IMG/VR virus record: IMGVR_UViG_3300030372_000644
Span: 1 to 33,150 of that record
DNA: 33,150 nucleotides
Source of the DNA: a virus
Lineage: Duplodnaviria > Caudoviricetes
Strand: one strand, 5' to 3'
Part shown: positions 9,851 to 19,920 of the stretch, in pieces
How positions within the stretch are numbered: the stretch's first letter is position 1
How the letters are laid out: each line of letters opens with the position of its first letter
Position numbers and translations under genes: made by a program
The notes under the pieces: generated by a model
What the model saw: only the letters and a program-made list of their open reading frames with translations
Database searches by the model: none
Told to the model about the DNA's origin: nothing

Positions 9851-12800
9851 TATAATCCAAAACCCCGAAGTGTGTAATCAGTAATTTTTTGAAATACTTT
9901 GTTTGTTTTCTTTTTACTTGCACTTAAAAAGGTTGGTTTTGTATCTGTAAAAAAACCTAATGCTTCTGCTCTTGTGTAATATCTATCATTAGGTATATTA
10001 AAATTATCAAAATCATTTACTGCTTTTGTTTTACCAGTAATCATTATTGATCCGTCAATATCTTCAAACTGTTCATAATTATATATTGCATTAAATCCTG
10101 CTCTATTAAAAAAGAATTGTCGTAAATTTAGATCATCAGTTGTAAGAGCAGAAGTAACTGATGCCCAATACTTTTGCCAATTTGTTTTATGACTTTCATA
10201 CCCATGTTGATATGCAAAATCTATTAATGCACTTTGTTGAGTAGCAGGTATCTCTGCAAATCTAGGTAAGTCTTTATTAAATTGATTATAAATTTTCATC
10301 ATTTTATATGTAAAAATCATTTTAGATTCTTCAGATGTAATTATTTTAAAGTTAGCACCTGACTTACCTCTAAAATTTTTATTAATATAATTTAATGCTT
10401 CTTCACTTGTTACCTTTTGATTACTACTTCCAACTCTATTTTTAATCATATAATCTCTTGCATCAAATAAAAACTTTCTTCTTCTTGCACTAGGTATCAA
10501 ATTGATTTCATCATCTGTTAAATATCTAATATTAAATCCTGCACCAACAGAAACAGTTTTAGCATCAACATAAGGCATACCATTATAACCTTCTTCTTCT
10601 GATGTTTTTTCTATTATTGATAACAATTCATTTTGTGCTTCAATAGCTACTTCAGGTGTAATATATTCTTTAACAACATTAGCAACTTCTTTTGGTAGTT
10701 TTTGTATATTAGTTAACATTTTGTTATAAATCATTTTCCAAATTGGATTTGTTGAATCTTTATTTGTATAAAATATTCTATCGTCATAGCTAGATGATAT
10801 ACCTAAATCAGTTACAGATGCAGGTTTAACAATACTATTATAAAACTCTTTAGTTTTTTCTGAAGTAAATAAAGGATCTCCGTTATTTGGGGAAGCAACA
10901 GCATCTTTTGTTCCTCTCATATATGACCTCATACCTTTATTAAATTCTTCAATAGCTTCAAAAGGAATAGCAGGTTCTTTGTAATTTTCAAAACTATCTA
11001 CTTCAGCATTTAATTCTTCTTGTGCTATTTTTGCAAGTCTTTGTTTTTCTTTAGTAAAGTCTGTACTTGCAATGTTTTGTGTAAAATCTAAATTTGTTTT
11101 CATAGATTTTTTAAATTGTTTTTTTGCTTCACTTGGTATTCCAACTAAAGATTCTTCCATCATGTCTGCACCAGTAGGAGAATGATAAAGTTTTTTTGCA
11201 TGATTAAATGCAACTAAATCATTTATTGCTAAATCAAATCCAAAAGGTCTTGTTTGAAAAGTATCTTGATTTGTAAATAATTCTGCTGTTGCAGTATTTG
11301 TATAAATATTATTTTTATTAATTTTAAAATCATCAAGCATTTTATAAATTGCAGCAACAGAAGTATTATTTTTTTTTGATGCAGTAGTTATTGCTTGTTC
11401 TAATTTTGAGCCAAATTCAGAATTGAGGGTTTTTTTATTAAATGCTAATGTTTCTATAACAAGTTCTTTATCTACTTTAGTAGTATCTATTTCAATTAAA
11501 TTACCTGCTTTACTCGTAATAGGTGTTCCATTTCCGTCTACTAATGTATAATAATTAGTATTTGTTGATGTGTTTCTAAAATCAGGTAAAAGAAAAACAT
11601 CTTCACCTAATCCTTCATATATTGTGTCTGTTCCTATAATTTTGTTTACAAAACTAACAAACTTACTATGGTGATACTCGTTAGGATATTTCCTTTTAGG
11701 AGATAAAAATGTTGGAGTTTTTGTATCATTACTATATATATCGTAAACCATTTCATCTTCTACATATAGTTTTTTATAAGTTTCATTTAATGATCCAATT
11801 GCTGCTTCTTTAGTAAAACCAGTTTCTTTTTCGTCACGACCTTTAACTTGTTTGTGATTTAACATAAGTCTTACATAAGGTGCAAACTTTTTATGAAGTG
11901 GTGCAGGTATTTTTGTTTCAGACAAAAATTGAAACACTACATCATTAGCATCAGCAACTAAATTTGGATTTAATCTGTTAGGTTTACCAACTGTATAACC
12001 AAATGAAACACCAGTATTTAAAACATTAACATCAATATCATCATCACCTGAACTTGTTTGACCTGCCATGTTAAAAGCATGAAGTGGGTCACCAGTGATT
12101 CTTGAATAAAAATTTATCATATCAAATCTTTTATAATCATCATCACTAATTTCTAACTTTGGTATTGGATCACCCCTATTTTTATCAGTTTTTCCAATAT
12201 TAAATGCAGTATTATTAAAAAGATTTAAAAATTTTGCTGCTATTTTTTTTTGAACATCAGGTGTTTGACTACCATATCTAGTCATAATTTTATCATTTGT
12301 AAAAGCTTCATAGATTGGAGTTGGAAGAATATTAACATTTGGTAAACTTAATATTTTCATTAAATTTTCTGTTTGATCTTTATCAAATTTTGCAAGATTA
12401 TCTATTGTCAAATCAATATTTAATTCTTTATTTATAAAATTTGTAAAATCATCTCTTGTTGCTTTAGTATTTTCTAAAATATTTCCACTTTTAAAATTTG
12501 TAGCAAAGGCATTTGCTTTAGATTCCTGACCTCTTTTAACTTCTAAAGAAGCAGCCACTCCTGATTTAACTGATACTTCACCTGCATAAACTTTCATATC
12601 TTCTGCTCTTGCATTTGTATCTTCTTTGATATTTTGTATTCGTAAAAGATCAGCTTCATTAAAATTGTGTGCTTCTTGCAAATAAGATTTAGCTAAAGGA
12701 GATGTTTTTTCTGTTAAAAGAATTTGCTGTATATACTTTAAAGCAGTACTATCATCTTGTACCTTATCTAATAAGGGATCAATAGATCCTCTTACATTAG

Positions 12801-13587
12801 CTAAAGATACTCTAGCATTTAATTCTTTAATTCCAACTGCTGAATAACCATTATCAATACCAACTAAAGCTTTTGAATCAACTGCTATTTCATTTTCTAA
12901 TTCTTTTATATCTGCAAGTTCATCAGCTTTATCTTCTTTTGTGCCTATAGTATTGTGATAATCAAATTGCAAAGCTTCTAATTCTTTTACTTTAGAGTCA
13001 ATTACTATCTTTTTATTTTGAACAGCAACTCGTTCTTCAAATGCTATTCTTCTATTTTGAATATCATTTGAATGTAATACACCTATGTTTTGTATTTTAG
13101 GAATTATTTGTGGCAAGTATGTTGACATATTATATGATGAGCCATCAGGTCTTGTTCTTGTTTTTTGAAACTCTTTAATATGTCCATCAATATATCCAAA
13201 TACATCTCTATCAAAACCTTCTTTATCAAATGTATTATTAGCAGTTCTATTTTTTTTAAAATTAGCTATTGTTTCTTTTGATTGCAATATTAATTGATTT
13301 GCATATCTATCTGCTAATATAGCATTTGCTTTATCTTCTCCAACTCTTGAAAATTTAGGTTGTACATATTGTAGCTCGTTTTTTTCATTATATATAGGAA
13401 GTGTTTTTGCTGTTTCTACATCCGATTTAATAGCTTGAGTTTTAGCTTCTTGCCAAAATATTTCTTGTAAAGCATTGCCAGTTTCTGCAATAGCTCGACC
13501 TAATTCTTTTGCACCAGTATCAGCACGAACAACACCGACTGGTCTATTTACAAAAGAAGTACGTTTTGATTTTAAAAATTCTGCCAT
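9850..13587 (-). CDS. Large internal virion protein (gp15-like position) with C-terminal lysozyme-like domain
   Basis: 1245 aa; gene order; EEEGYNGMPYVDAKTVSVGAG and QQSALIDFAYQHG near the C-terminus. Confidence 0.65.
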   Translation of the reverse strand: MAEFLKSKRTSFVNRPVGVVRADTGAKELGRAIAETGNALQEIFWQEAKTQAIKSDVETAKTLPIYNEKNELQYVQPKFSRVGEDKANAILADRYANQLILQSKETIANFKKNRTANNTFDKEGFDRDVFGYIDGHIKEFQKTRTRPDGSSYNMSTYLPQIIPKIQNIGVLHSNDIQNRRIAFEERVAVQNKKIVIDSKVKELEALQFDYHNTIGTKEDKADELADIKELENEIAVDSKALVGIDNGYSAVGIKELNARVSLANVRGSIDPLLDKVQDDSTALKYIQQILLTEKTSPLAKSYLQEAHNFNEADLLRIQNIKEDTNARAEDMKVYAGEVSVKSGVAASLEVKRGQESKANAFATNFKSGNILENTKATRDDFTNFINKELNIDLTIDNLAKFDKDQTENLMKILSLPNVNILPTPIYEAFTNDKIMTRYGSQTPDVQKKIAAKFLNLFNNTAFNIGKTDKNRGDPIPKLEISDDDYKRFDMINFYSRITGDPLHAFNMAGQTSSGDDDIDVNVLNTGVSFGYTVGKPNRLNPNLVADANDVVFQFLSETKIPAPLHKKFAPYVRLMLNHKQVKGRDEKETGFTKEAAIGSLNETYKKLYVEDEMVYDIYSNDTKTPTFLSPKRKYPNEYHHSKFVSFVNKIIGTDTIYEGLGEDVFLLPDFRNTSTNTNYYTLVDGNGTPITSKAGNLIEIDTTKVDKELVIETLAFNKKTLNSEFGSKLEQAITTASKKNNTSVAAIYKMLDDFKINKNNIYTNTATAELFTNQDTFQTRPFGFDLAINDLVAFNHAKKLYHSPTGADMMEESLVGIPSEAKKQFKKSMKTNLDFTQNIASTDFTKEKQRLAKIAQEELNAEVDSFENYKEPAIPFEAIEEFNKGMRSYMRGTKDAVASPNNGDPLFTSEKTKEFYNSIVKPASVTDLGISSSYDDRIFYTNKDSTNPIWKMIYNKMLTNIQKLPKEVANVVKEYITPEVAIEAQNELLSIIEKTSEEEGYNGMPYVDAKTVSVGAGFNIRYLTDDEINLIPSARRRKFLFDARDYMIKNRVGSSNQKVTSEEALNYINKNFRGKSGANFKIITSEESKMIFTYKMMKIYNQFNKDLPRFAEIPATQQSALIDFAYQHGYESHKTNWQKYWASVTSALTTDDLNLRQFFFNRAGFNAIYNYEQFEDIDGSIMITGKTKAVNDFDNFNIPNDRYYTRAEALGFFTDTKPTFLSASKKKTNKVFQKITDYTLRGFGL

Positions 13588-13591
13588 ATTA

Positions 13592-14038
13592 TCAACTCAC
13601 ATTGTAAGCATTATAAGCACCTTTTGCAACAGCACTAAATGCTTTTAATCTGTATGCTTTAGAAAGATTATTTGCTTTTACTAAAGTCATTTGTTCTTGT
13701 TGTGCAGCTTTACTTAATTCAGCTAAAGATTGTAAATTTGCTCTTTGTACTGTTTTCTCTGTATCTCTCAATGCTTTTTCTCGTATTGCTTTTATACTTC
13801 TATCTGATCCAGTATCTCTGCCCATAACTCCTGCACTTGCTGCATTAGTATTCATATAAGTACGATTATCAGCCATAATAGTATTATGTTCTTGCAAAGC
13901 TTTTAGCTTCATCATCTTTGCATTTTCTTTAATATTTCTTGCTGTAAGAGCACCTTCTTGTTGTGCTGCTTCAGCTTGTTGGTTATATCCTTGATAAGTT
14001 ATAGCTGTTGATGCTACTGCAAATGCTACTGCCCACAT
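13592..14038 (-). CDS. Small internal virion protein (gp14-like)
   Basis: Ala/Gln-rich helical protein with hydrophobic N-terminus directly after tail tubular B. Confidence 0.7.
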   Translation of the reverse strand: MWAVAFAVASTAITYQGYNQQAEAAQQEGALTARNIKENAKMMKLKALQEHNTIMADNRTYMNTNAASAGVMGRDTGSDRSIKAIREKALRDTEKTVQRANLQSLAELSKAAQQEQMTLVKANNLSKAYRLKAFSAVAKGAYNAYNVS

Positions 14039-14039
14039 A

Positions 14040-16634
14040 TTAAAAAGCCACCTCTACTACCATTCCGTTAATTTGTAAATTCAAAGGAAAGGACTGTGAT
14101 ACTATAACTCTAGGATCACGACTATATCCAATCATTCTAAATTCTTCTTTACCAGTTACTGGTATTCTGTCTAAACTCATATCATCTGTTACATTTCTTA
14201 TAACCATATCTCTACTCGTAGACGTTGTGCTTGGACCTTGTACACTAACAGCTAAAGTTTCATTTAAATCTAATATAACTTTAGGAATCTGTCTTGGTTC
14301 TCCAGTTATAGGTCCACCTTGTATTGCTACATCAATAGGTAATGTTTTAATTGTTGGTGTAAAAGCATACCCTATAAATGCTTGTGTTATCCCAGTTTTA
14401 ACACTACTTGCATCAATTTGTCCACCACTTACAGTAAAACTACCAAGAAAGTCATTGCCATTTGTAGCTTTAACTACAGCATTATTTGTAAAATGTGCTG
14501 AAGTTAATCCAGTAAATACACTTGCACTACCACTAAAACTATCACAAAAGTCCATTGGCATAGTATTTAAAAACTCTTCAAGGTATAACTTTGTAGTTCC
14601 AGATCCGTCATCTCTTGCAGAAACAGCAAACAATCTATCATGTACAGCACATATGCTATGCCACACACCTTGAGTGTCCCATAAAGTCCACCCTGCTTTT
14701 TGTTCACCACGAACAGAATAAAAAACTGCAATCGTACCATCCTTATTTATAAGAAAAGCATAAGACTCACTTCTACCTAATGCACCTTTGATTGAAGTTT
14801 GTTGCACTGGATTAAGTATTAAATGTGGTGCTAATGAAGATATAGCAACAGCAGTATATGCTGCTTCTGTATCTGTAAATAAAAACTCTCTTAATGCTGT
14901 ACCAGTTTTCTGTACAAATAAAGTTGCTCCGTCAAAAACAGTTGGTCTAACAAAACTTGCACCATAAGGTGTTTGTCTACGAATTTGTGCATTTGTAGGT
15001 GTAACTGCTTTATTTGAAATAGTTGGTATAAATAATTCTGCACCAGTCGTAAATATCTGCAAATCTCTATTGGAAACCAAATGACGTATAGAAAATATTT
15101 CACCTACATTTGCTGTTAAATCAAGAGCATCATTATCTTCTGCATCTCCCACATCAAAGTTAAAATACTCACCAGACCTGCTACCCCATATACCATCAGG
15201 TTGAGATAACGTACCACCAAACCACAATCTGTTTTGATGAAATGTAACAGCAGCAGGATAACCTCGTATAGCAGAATAACTTTGCTCTGACCATTCTGTA
15301 GTTGCTGCATTAGTAACAATTCTTGGACTACCTCCACCAACAGCACTTGACGTTGCAGTAGCACTACTACCTGCTGTAAACTCATAAGTGTTTTCATCTA
15401 TAACAGCAGTTATAGTTCTTGATCCATTTAAGTTACCTTGTGCAATGCCTCCTACAGCACCACATCTCTCAACAGTAATTGATGCACTAACTGCCAAACC
15501 ATGTAAGGCATGAGTTACTTGAACTGTGCCACTACCCTCAAATACTTTAATAGAATCAATAGGAAGTTGTTGATGTAAAGTTCCATTGATAGTTGCTGTA
15601 ACAACAGTTGCACTTGTATATCCAGTAACTCTACACCTTGTTTTACCTATAAGAACATCAGTACCAACATGACCTGATACCCAATAATCAGCAGAAGTTG
15701 TTAAAGTTTTACCAGTTCCAGTTGTGCCATTAGCAGTAATTGTTGTCCCTAAAGATTGAAAACTAAAGTATGGTTGATGTATATCATTGCCATCTCTTGA
15801 TGTATCAAAACTAAATGTACTAACAGCAAAGGTTGTAAGACTTGTTCTTTCTAATATTCTTGTCTGAAATGTAGGATGACAAATAAACATTAAGTCACCT
15901 TGTTGTGCAAATGTAAGTTCTTCAAGGTAAGGATCATCTGTTGTATTAACTAACCATGATTGACTTGTAAGTGTTTGTATTGAACTAACTGCACCAGTAG
16001 AAGCATTAATTTGAAAGATTTGTATTTGTGTATTACTAAATGCAATTATATATTTTTCATCATCTGAAAAAATAAATGGCTCTAATCTTATTTCCTGCCT
16101 TAAAACACTAAAGTTTGTAACTGCTAATCTTGTTGTATCTGAACTTACAACTTCAAGATTATCACTACCACCATCATCTCTTTTAACAGTAACAACATTT
16201 GCAGCAGGATTAGCAACTGTAAATCCGTCTACTGCATTTAAAGCAGTAAATATATTATCTGCTGTTGTATTGTTAGATTCGTTTGCCCTTACAAAATGAG
16301 TGTTACCAGATGCAGCAGAAGGTGCATCTCCACTTGATGTTTCCCATTTTAAAGTAATTATTGTTCCGTCATTAAAAGGCAATTTGATTGTAGATCCCAC
16401 AACAATGTTAGCATAATCTGTAACTGTAATAGTACAAGTGCCATTGGTATAGTTACCAAGATTTGCAAGTCTTTGTGAACCTGATCTTTTCAATAAACCA
16501 CCTTCACTACGAATAAAAAAATTTCTTATTTGTTCTGCTGAATTATTATAAACTTGTGTATCTGTTCTTGATGTTAAAGAAGGACTAACTTCGCCAAACT
16601 GAAAGTTATTCAATGGCACTCTTACTTTTGCCAT
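14040..16634 (-). CDS. Tail tubular protein B / nozzle (T7 gp12-like)
   Basis: NNFQFGEVSPSL..RTD N-terminus; GYPAAVTFHQNRLWFGG; follows tubular A. Confidence 0.88.
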   Translation of the reverse strand: MAKVRVPLNNFQFGEVSPSLTSRTDTQVYNNSAEQIRNFFIRSEGGLLKRSGSQRLANLGNYTNGTCTITVTDYANIVVGSTIKLPFNDGTIITLKWETSSGDAPSAASGNTHFVRANESNNTTADNIFTALNAVDGFTVANPAANVVTVKRDDGGSDNLEVVSSDTTRLAVTNFSVLRQEIRLEPFIFSDDEKYIIAFSNTQIQIFQINASTGAVSSIQTLTSQSWLVNTTDDPYLEELTFAQQGDLMFICHPTFQTRILERTSLTTFAVSTFSFDTSRDGNDIHQPYFSFQSLGTTITANGTTGTGKTLTTSADYWVSGHVGTDVLIGKTRCRVTGYTSATVVTATINGTLHQQLPIDSIKVFEGSGTVQVTHALHGLAVSASITVERCGAVGGIAQGNLNGSRTITAVIDENTYEFTAGSSATATSSAVGGGSPRIVTNAATTEWSEQSYSAIRGYPAAVTFHQNRLWFGGTLSQPDGIWGSRSGEYFNFDVGDAEDNDALDLTANVGEIFSIRHLVSNRDLQIFTTGAELFIPTISNKAVTPTNAQIRRQTPYGASFVRPTVFDGATLFVQKTGTALREFLFTDTEAAYTAVAISSLAPHLILNPVQQTSIKGALGRSESYAFLINKDGTIAVFYSVRGEQKAGWTLWDTQGVWHSICAVHDRLFAVSARDDGSGTTKLYLEEFLNTMPMDFCDSFSGSASVFTGLTSAHFTNNAVVKATNGNDFLGSFTVSGGQIDASSVKTGITQAFIGYAFTPTIKTLPIDVAIQGGPITGEPRQIPKVILDLNETLAVSVQGPSTTSTSRDMVIRNVTDDMSLDRIPVTGKEEFRMIGYSRDPRVIVSQSFPLNLQINGMVVEVAF

Positions 16635-17222
16635 TTAACTTCTCCTATTTGTAACAAATCTTGAAGTAGGTATTCGCCTTGTTGTTTGTTGCTGTGCATC
16701 AATGTTTCTTGCTTTAGCCATAAGTTGTTCTGCTTTTTTCTCAATGACCATCATAAGGCCATCATCTCTTGCAATAGAAGTTGCAAATATAGATGCTAAA
16801 GCATATTCCAAAGCTAAAGAAAAATAACTAGGAAAGTTATCTTCAGTTGCCCTGAATGTATAATCAGCAATCAAAACATCAGCAGATGTTGAATCTGAAA
16901 ATACTTTGTCACCATATACTGTATAATTAATTAATCTGTCATTTATTGTTACACCATGAAGCACTAATAAATTACTTGGAAGCTGATGAGCAATGTCAAA
17001 CCTTCCAGTTGGTGTATCTGATAATTGTGATAATTGTGCTTGTTCAGTTGCAAATCTCCACCTTGCTGTAGATAATGTTGCTCTTACTGTATCTTCATAC
17101 ATATTACTTGCTACTAATGCTTCGGTACTTGAAGAATCAAAAGAGGTAATTGGTTCTGCACCTATTAAAACTAATGCCCTTGATGCTATATCTATTGAAG
17201 AATTTGCTGCTGTACTTGTCAT
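16635..17222 (-). CDS. Tail tubular protein A / adaptor (T7 gp11-like)
   Basis: IASRALVLIGAEPITS...WRFA motif; position after capsid. Confidence 0.88.
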   Translation of the reverse strand: MTSTAANSSIDIASRALVLIGAEPITSFDSSSTEALVASNMYEDTVRATLSTARWRFATEQAQLSQLSDTPTGRFDIAHQLPSNLLVLHGVTINDRLINYTVYGDKVFSDSTSADVLIADYTFRATEDNFPSYFSLALEYALASIFATSIARDDGLMMVIEKKAEQLMAKARNIDAQQQTTRRIPTSRFVTNRRS

Positions 17223-17228
17223 ATATGT

Positions 17229-17252
17229 TAGAGGGAGATTACTCTCCCCCTA
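17229..17252 (-). terminator. Hairpin downstream of the capsid genes (possible attenuator/terminator)
   Basis: Minus strand TAGGGGGAGA-GTAA-TCTCCCTCTA: 10 bp stem with one G-U and a GNRA loop; no clear U-tract. Confidence 0.5.
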
Positions 17253-17263
17253 CCTTTTAGTGG

Positions 17264-17533
17264 TTAATCCCCATCAGTTTCGGCAACTGCTGTACCATCT
17301 GACACATCTACTGCACTTCCGTTATTTGATAAAACAGTAACGAAATTTGTAGTAGGCACATTAGTGTCGTGAACTATTATAAGATCACGAACAGCTAACA
17401 TATTTGCTGCATCATTAAAGTAGTTAGCAGTATTAACTGTTGCAATAGCATCTGTGGTTGTATATCTCCACAAGCTACCATTTGAGTCTCCACCTAGTCT
17501 AGTAAGACCACTTGCTGCATAAGCCATAATCAA
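17264..17533 (-). CDS. Small virion protein (possible capsid decoration)
   Basis: Immediately downstream of the major capsid; YTTTDAIATVNTANYFN motif; likely start MAYAASG at 17527. Confidence 0.6.
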   Translation of the reverse strand: MIMAYAASGLTRLGGDSNGSLWRYTTTDAIATVNTANYFNDAANMLAVRDLIIVHDTNVPTTNFVTVLSNNGSAVDVSDGTAVAETDGD

Positions 17534-17539
17534 TCTCCC

Positions 17540-18355
17540 TTATGAATTATTATCAAGTACTTCATAGACACCATTGTCATCTATAACAGACGCACCCATT
17601 GACATCATTGAAGTTGCTAAATGTGAAGCTTTTTCAGGAACATAGTTTAACTCTGTACTTACATCAGCACCGATACCAAGACCTACTGCTGAAGTATGGT
17701 AAGCAATATTCTTACCTGCTGTAATAGCTGAAGTTGAGAAAACTTTAAAACCTAAAAATTCTTTCATTGACATACCACCTGCGAATGGAAGATTTTGTTC
17801 ACCCACAAAGTCAGATGATGCAAACTCTGTTATTGCAAACAAATCGGCATATCCTTGTGGATTCATTGCTAAATATCTTCCTCCATCTTCTGGAATATTT
17901 GCAGACCCCATTGTTTCAAACAAAGATAATAAATCAGCTTTAGCCAAAGCAGAACCAGTGTCATGTATTGCTGATGAGTTTGCTCCTGCATCCATTGCTG
18001 TGTAAAGCAGTTCATCTGTCTTACGACCTAATGCTGCTGCTGCACTTTGTGCTACTGCTTGTCTTTCATCTATGTTTGTTTTTAATTCATCTAACTTGTC
18101 AATATACTCTGCTGCATAATAGTCAGATAAAGTTACGTCTACTGTTGTGTGTGCAAGTTCCATTGGTGTAATGTTACCATTTCTTGATTTAGTGGAAGCT
18201 GATCCAGTTCCAATCTTTTGAAATCTAACAGTATTACCAGTGGCATTACTTACAGTTCTAACAGTATTCCTTAATTTACTACCCATTCTCTGATATGCAA
18301 GATGAACCTCACTCTCAAATTGGGTAATAAAAGCTGTACTAATTGTATTAGCCAT
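17540..18355 (-). CDS. Major capsid protein
   Basis: AFITQFESEVHLAYQRMGSKLR, YIDKLDELK, AAAALGRKTD motifs; SD AGGAG; position after scaffold. Confidence 0.9.
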   Translation of the reverse strand: MANTISTAFITQFESEVHLAYQRMGSKLRNTVRTVSNATGNTVRFQKIGTGSASTKSRNGNITPMELAHTTVDVTLSDYYAAEYIDKLDELKTNIDERQAVAQSAAAALGRKTDELLYTAMDAGANSSAIHDTGSALAKADLLSLFETMGSANIPEDGGRYLAMNPQGYADLFAITEFASSDFVGEQNLPFAGGMSMKEFLGFKVFSTSAITAGKNIAYHTSAVGLGIGADVSTELNYVPEKASHLATSMMSMGASVIDDNGVYEVLDNNS

Positions 18356-18389
18356 TTCTTACTCCTAATTAAAGTTACTATTTATATAT

Positions 18390-18450
18390 CAGTTATCCGT
18401 CTTTTGCTTCATCTCGTTATCCAAAAGGGCGATCAGCTATAACAGGGCTG
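18390..18450 (-). promoter_or_regulatory. Structured capsid leader with two nested CCC...GGATAAC modules
   Basis: Minus strand: CAGCCCTGT...TCGCCCTTTTGGATAACGA...ACGGATAACTG. Confidence 0.5.
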
Positions 18451-18966
18451 CTCATTTGTAGATACAATATTTTGATTGTTCTTGCAACGATAAAATCGTA
18501 AAACTTTAAATCCATTTATCATAACTGGCTGATCAATAATATGAAATCCTAAAAAATCTAAATAATTCAATGTCTTAATATGATCAGCAGGTACAACATT
18601 TTCTAATTGATAAAACTTTTTTTGGAAGTAATCTATTACATATTTACTTAATTTCATAAAATTAATTGGATATTTTTCTAATTCATATGTACCAAGCATC
18701 CAAATATTAGCAATCATCTGTTCATAGATAGGTACAGTTCCAAACATAAAAGCAGGTTTGCCTTCTATTAATGCTGTATATGTTTCTGCTTGTTCTTCTC
18801 TTATACCTACCATTAATGCACGAAAAGGAGTTGCACCATGTATTAGACATTCACGAACATCTGTATTTCTTAAATTATCCTGAAGATATTTTATGTGGTC
18901 TATATCAGCTTCTACAACGGAAAACTCGTTGTAAATGCCACTACCCATAAAGTTTTTGAAAGTCAT
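18433..18966 (-). CDS. T7 gp13-like (DUF2833-like, GNAT-fold) protein
   Basis: NLRNTDVREC, IWMLGT, LENVV...LNYLDFLGF motifs. Confidence 0.72.
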   Translation of the reverse strand: MTFKNFMGSGIYNEFSVVEADIDHIKYLQDNLRNTDVRECLIHGATPFRALMVGIREEQAETYTALIEGKPAFMFGTVPIYEQMIANIWMLGTYELEKYPINFMKLSKYVIDYFQKKFYQLENVVPADHIKTLNYLDFLGFHIIDQPVMINGFKVLRFYRCKNNQNIVSTNEQPCYS

Positions 18967-19672
18967 TATTTACTTCTTGTACATATGCTTTATCTCTTTT
19001 AGCAGGATTCCAATATCTTTCATCTCTCATTTTTGTTTCAATATCACCTTGAGTTAATTGTGCAGGAGTAACTGCTTGACCATTTACTGCCACACCTTGC
19101 ATTTGTTTTTGTATAAACTCTAATGCTTTTATACCTTCAGCACTTGAACCTAATTCAACTATTGCATTGTGATATTCAGGTGGAAAAAACTTATTCATAA
19201 AAAGTTGTGCTGCTTCTACTCTTTGATTAGCATTATCACCTAGTTCTGTTTTGACTGCTTCTAAATCTACTTGCTCTCTATTCACATACTCTGCAAAAGC
19301 ATTGACACCTTCGTTAAACTCATCTTGTGATAAGCCATTATTCCAAGAGTATTTTGCCCACCAATTTAATAATTGATTATCAACAGCTTCTTTTTCATCA
19401 AGTATTTCTGGTATTTGATAATCATCTGCTGATGCAGGTCTTTGTGAAAATGCTTCTTCCTCTAATTCTTTATGAATAATACTTCTTATATCTTCTTCTT
19501 TTTTACCTTTCCATGACTCAAGTTCTCCGTAAGACTTTGCCATATCTTCAGGTGTTGTAAATTTTTCAGGCAACCAATTAGGTCGTGTTGGTTCTGCTAC
19601 TGGTGCAACAGACGGAGGAGTTTCTACTGATTGTTCAGTAGCAGATTCTTGTGTAACTTGTTCTTCACTCAT
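18941..19672 (-). CDS. Capsid assembly (scaffolding) protein
   Basis: RPNWLPEKF..PEDMAKSYGELES motif; acidic; C-terminal M.DERYW motif. Confidence 0.85.
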   Translation of the reverse strand: MSEEQVTQESATEQSVETPPSVAPVAEPTRPNWLPEKFTTPEDMAKSYGELESWKGKKEEDIRSIIHKELEEEAFSQRPASADDYQIPEILDEKEAVDNQLLNWWAKYSWNNGLSQDEFNEGVNAFAEYVNREQVDLEAVKTELGDNANQRVEAAQLFMNKFFPPEYHNAIVELGSSAEGIKALEFIQKQMQGVAVNGQAVTPAQLTQGDIETKMRDERYWNPAKRDKAYVQEVNNDFQKLYG

Positions 19673-19920
19673 GTTTTTATCCTTATTGAATGGTTAATTC
19701 TTTTAACTATTAAAGCAACAATATATCGTTGCCCTTCCAAATGCCGAAGTTCGGCATCTGAAATATTTGGTCCACTTACTGCTTCTACAGTAATAGACTT
19801 CAAATACTTTAAAACCTCTTGACCATTTGGTGTTTTAAAAAGTGATTCTACATCTTTAGATATTCGTTCATCAATTTCTTTAGAACGAGGATATCCGTCA
19901 ACCCCCAAGTGCTGTGGCAT
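19669..19920 (-). CDS. Bbp19-like small protein
   Basis: FKTPNGQEVLKYL...EGQRYIV motif between portal and scaffold. Confidence 0.75.
   Translation of the reverse strand: MPQHLGVDGYPRSKEIDERISKDVESLFKTPNGQEVLKYLKSITVEAVSGPNISDAELRHLEGQRYIVALIVKRINHSIRIKT

Noticed and set aside
17533-17580. T7 10A/10B-type capsid frameshift into the downstream ORF
   Set aside because: No slippery heptamer near the capsid stop, and the downstream gene has its own SD (GGGAG)
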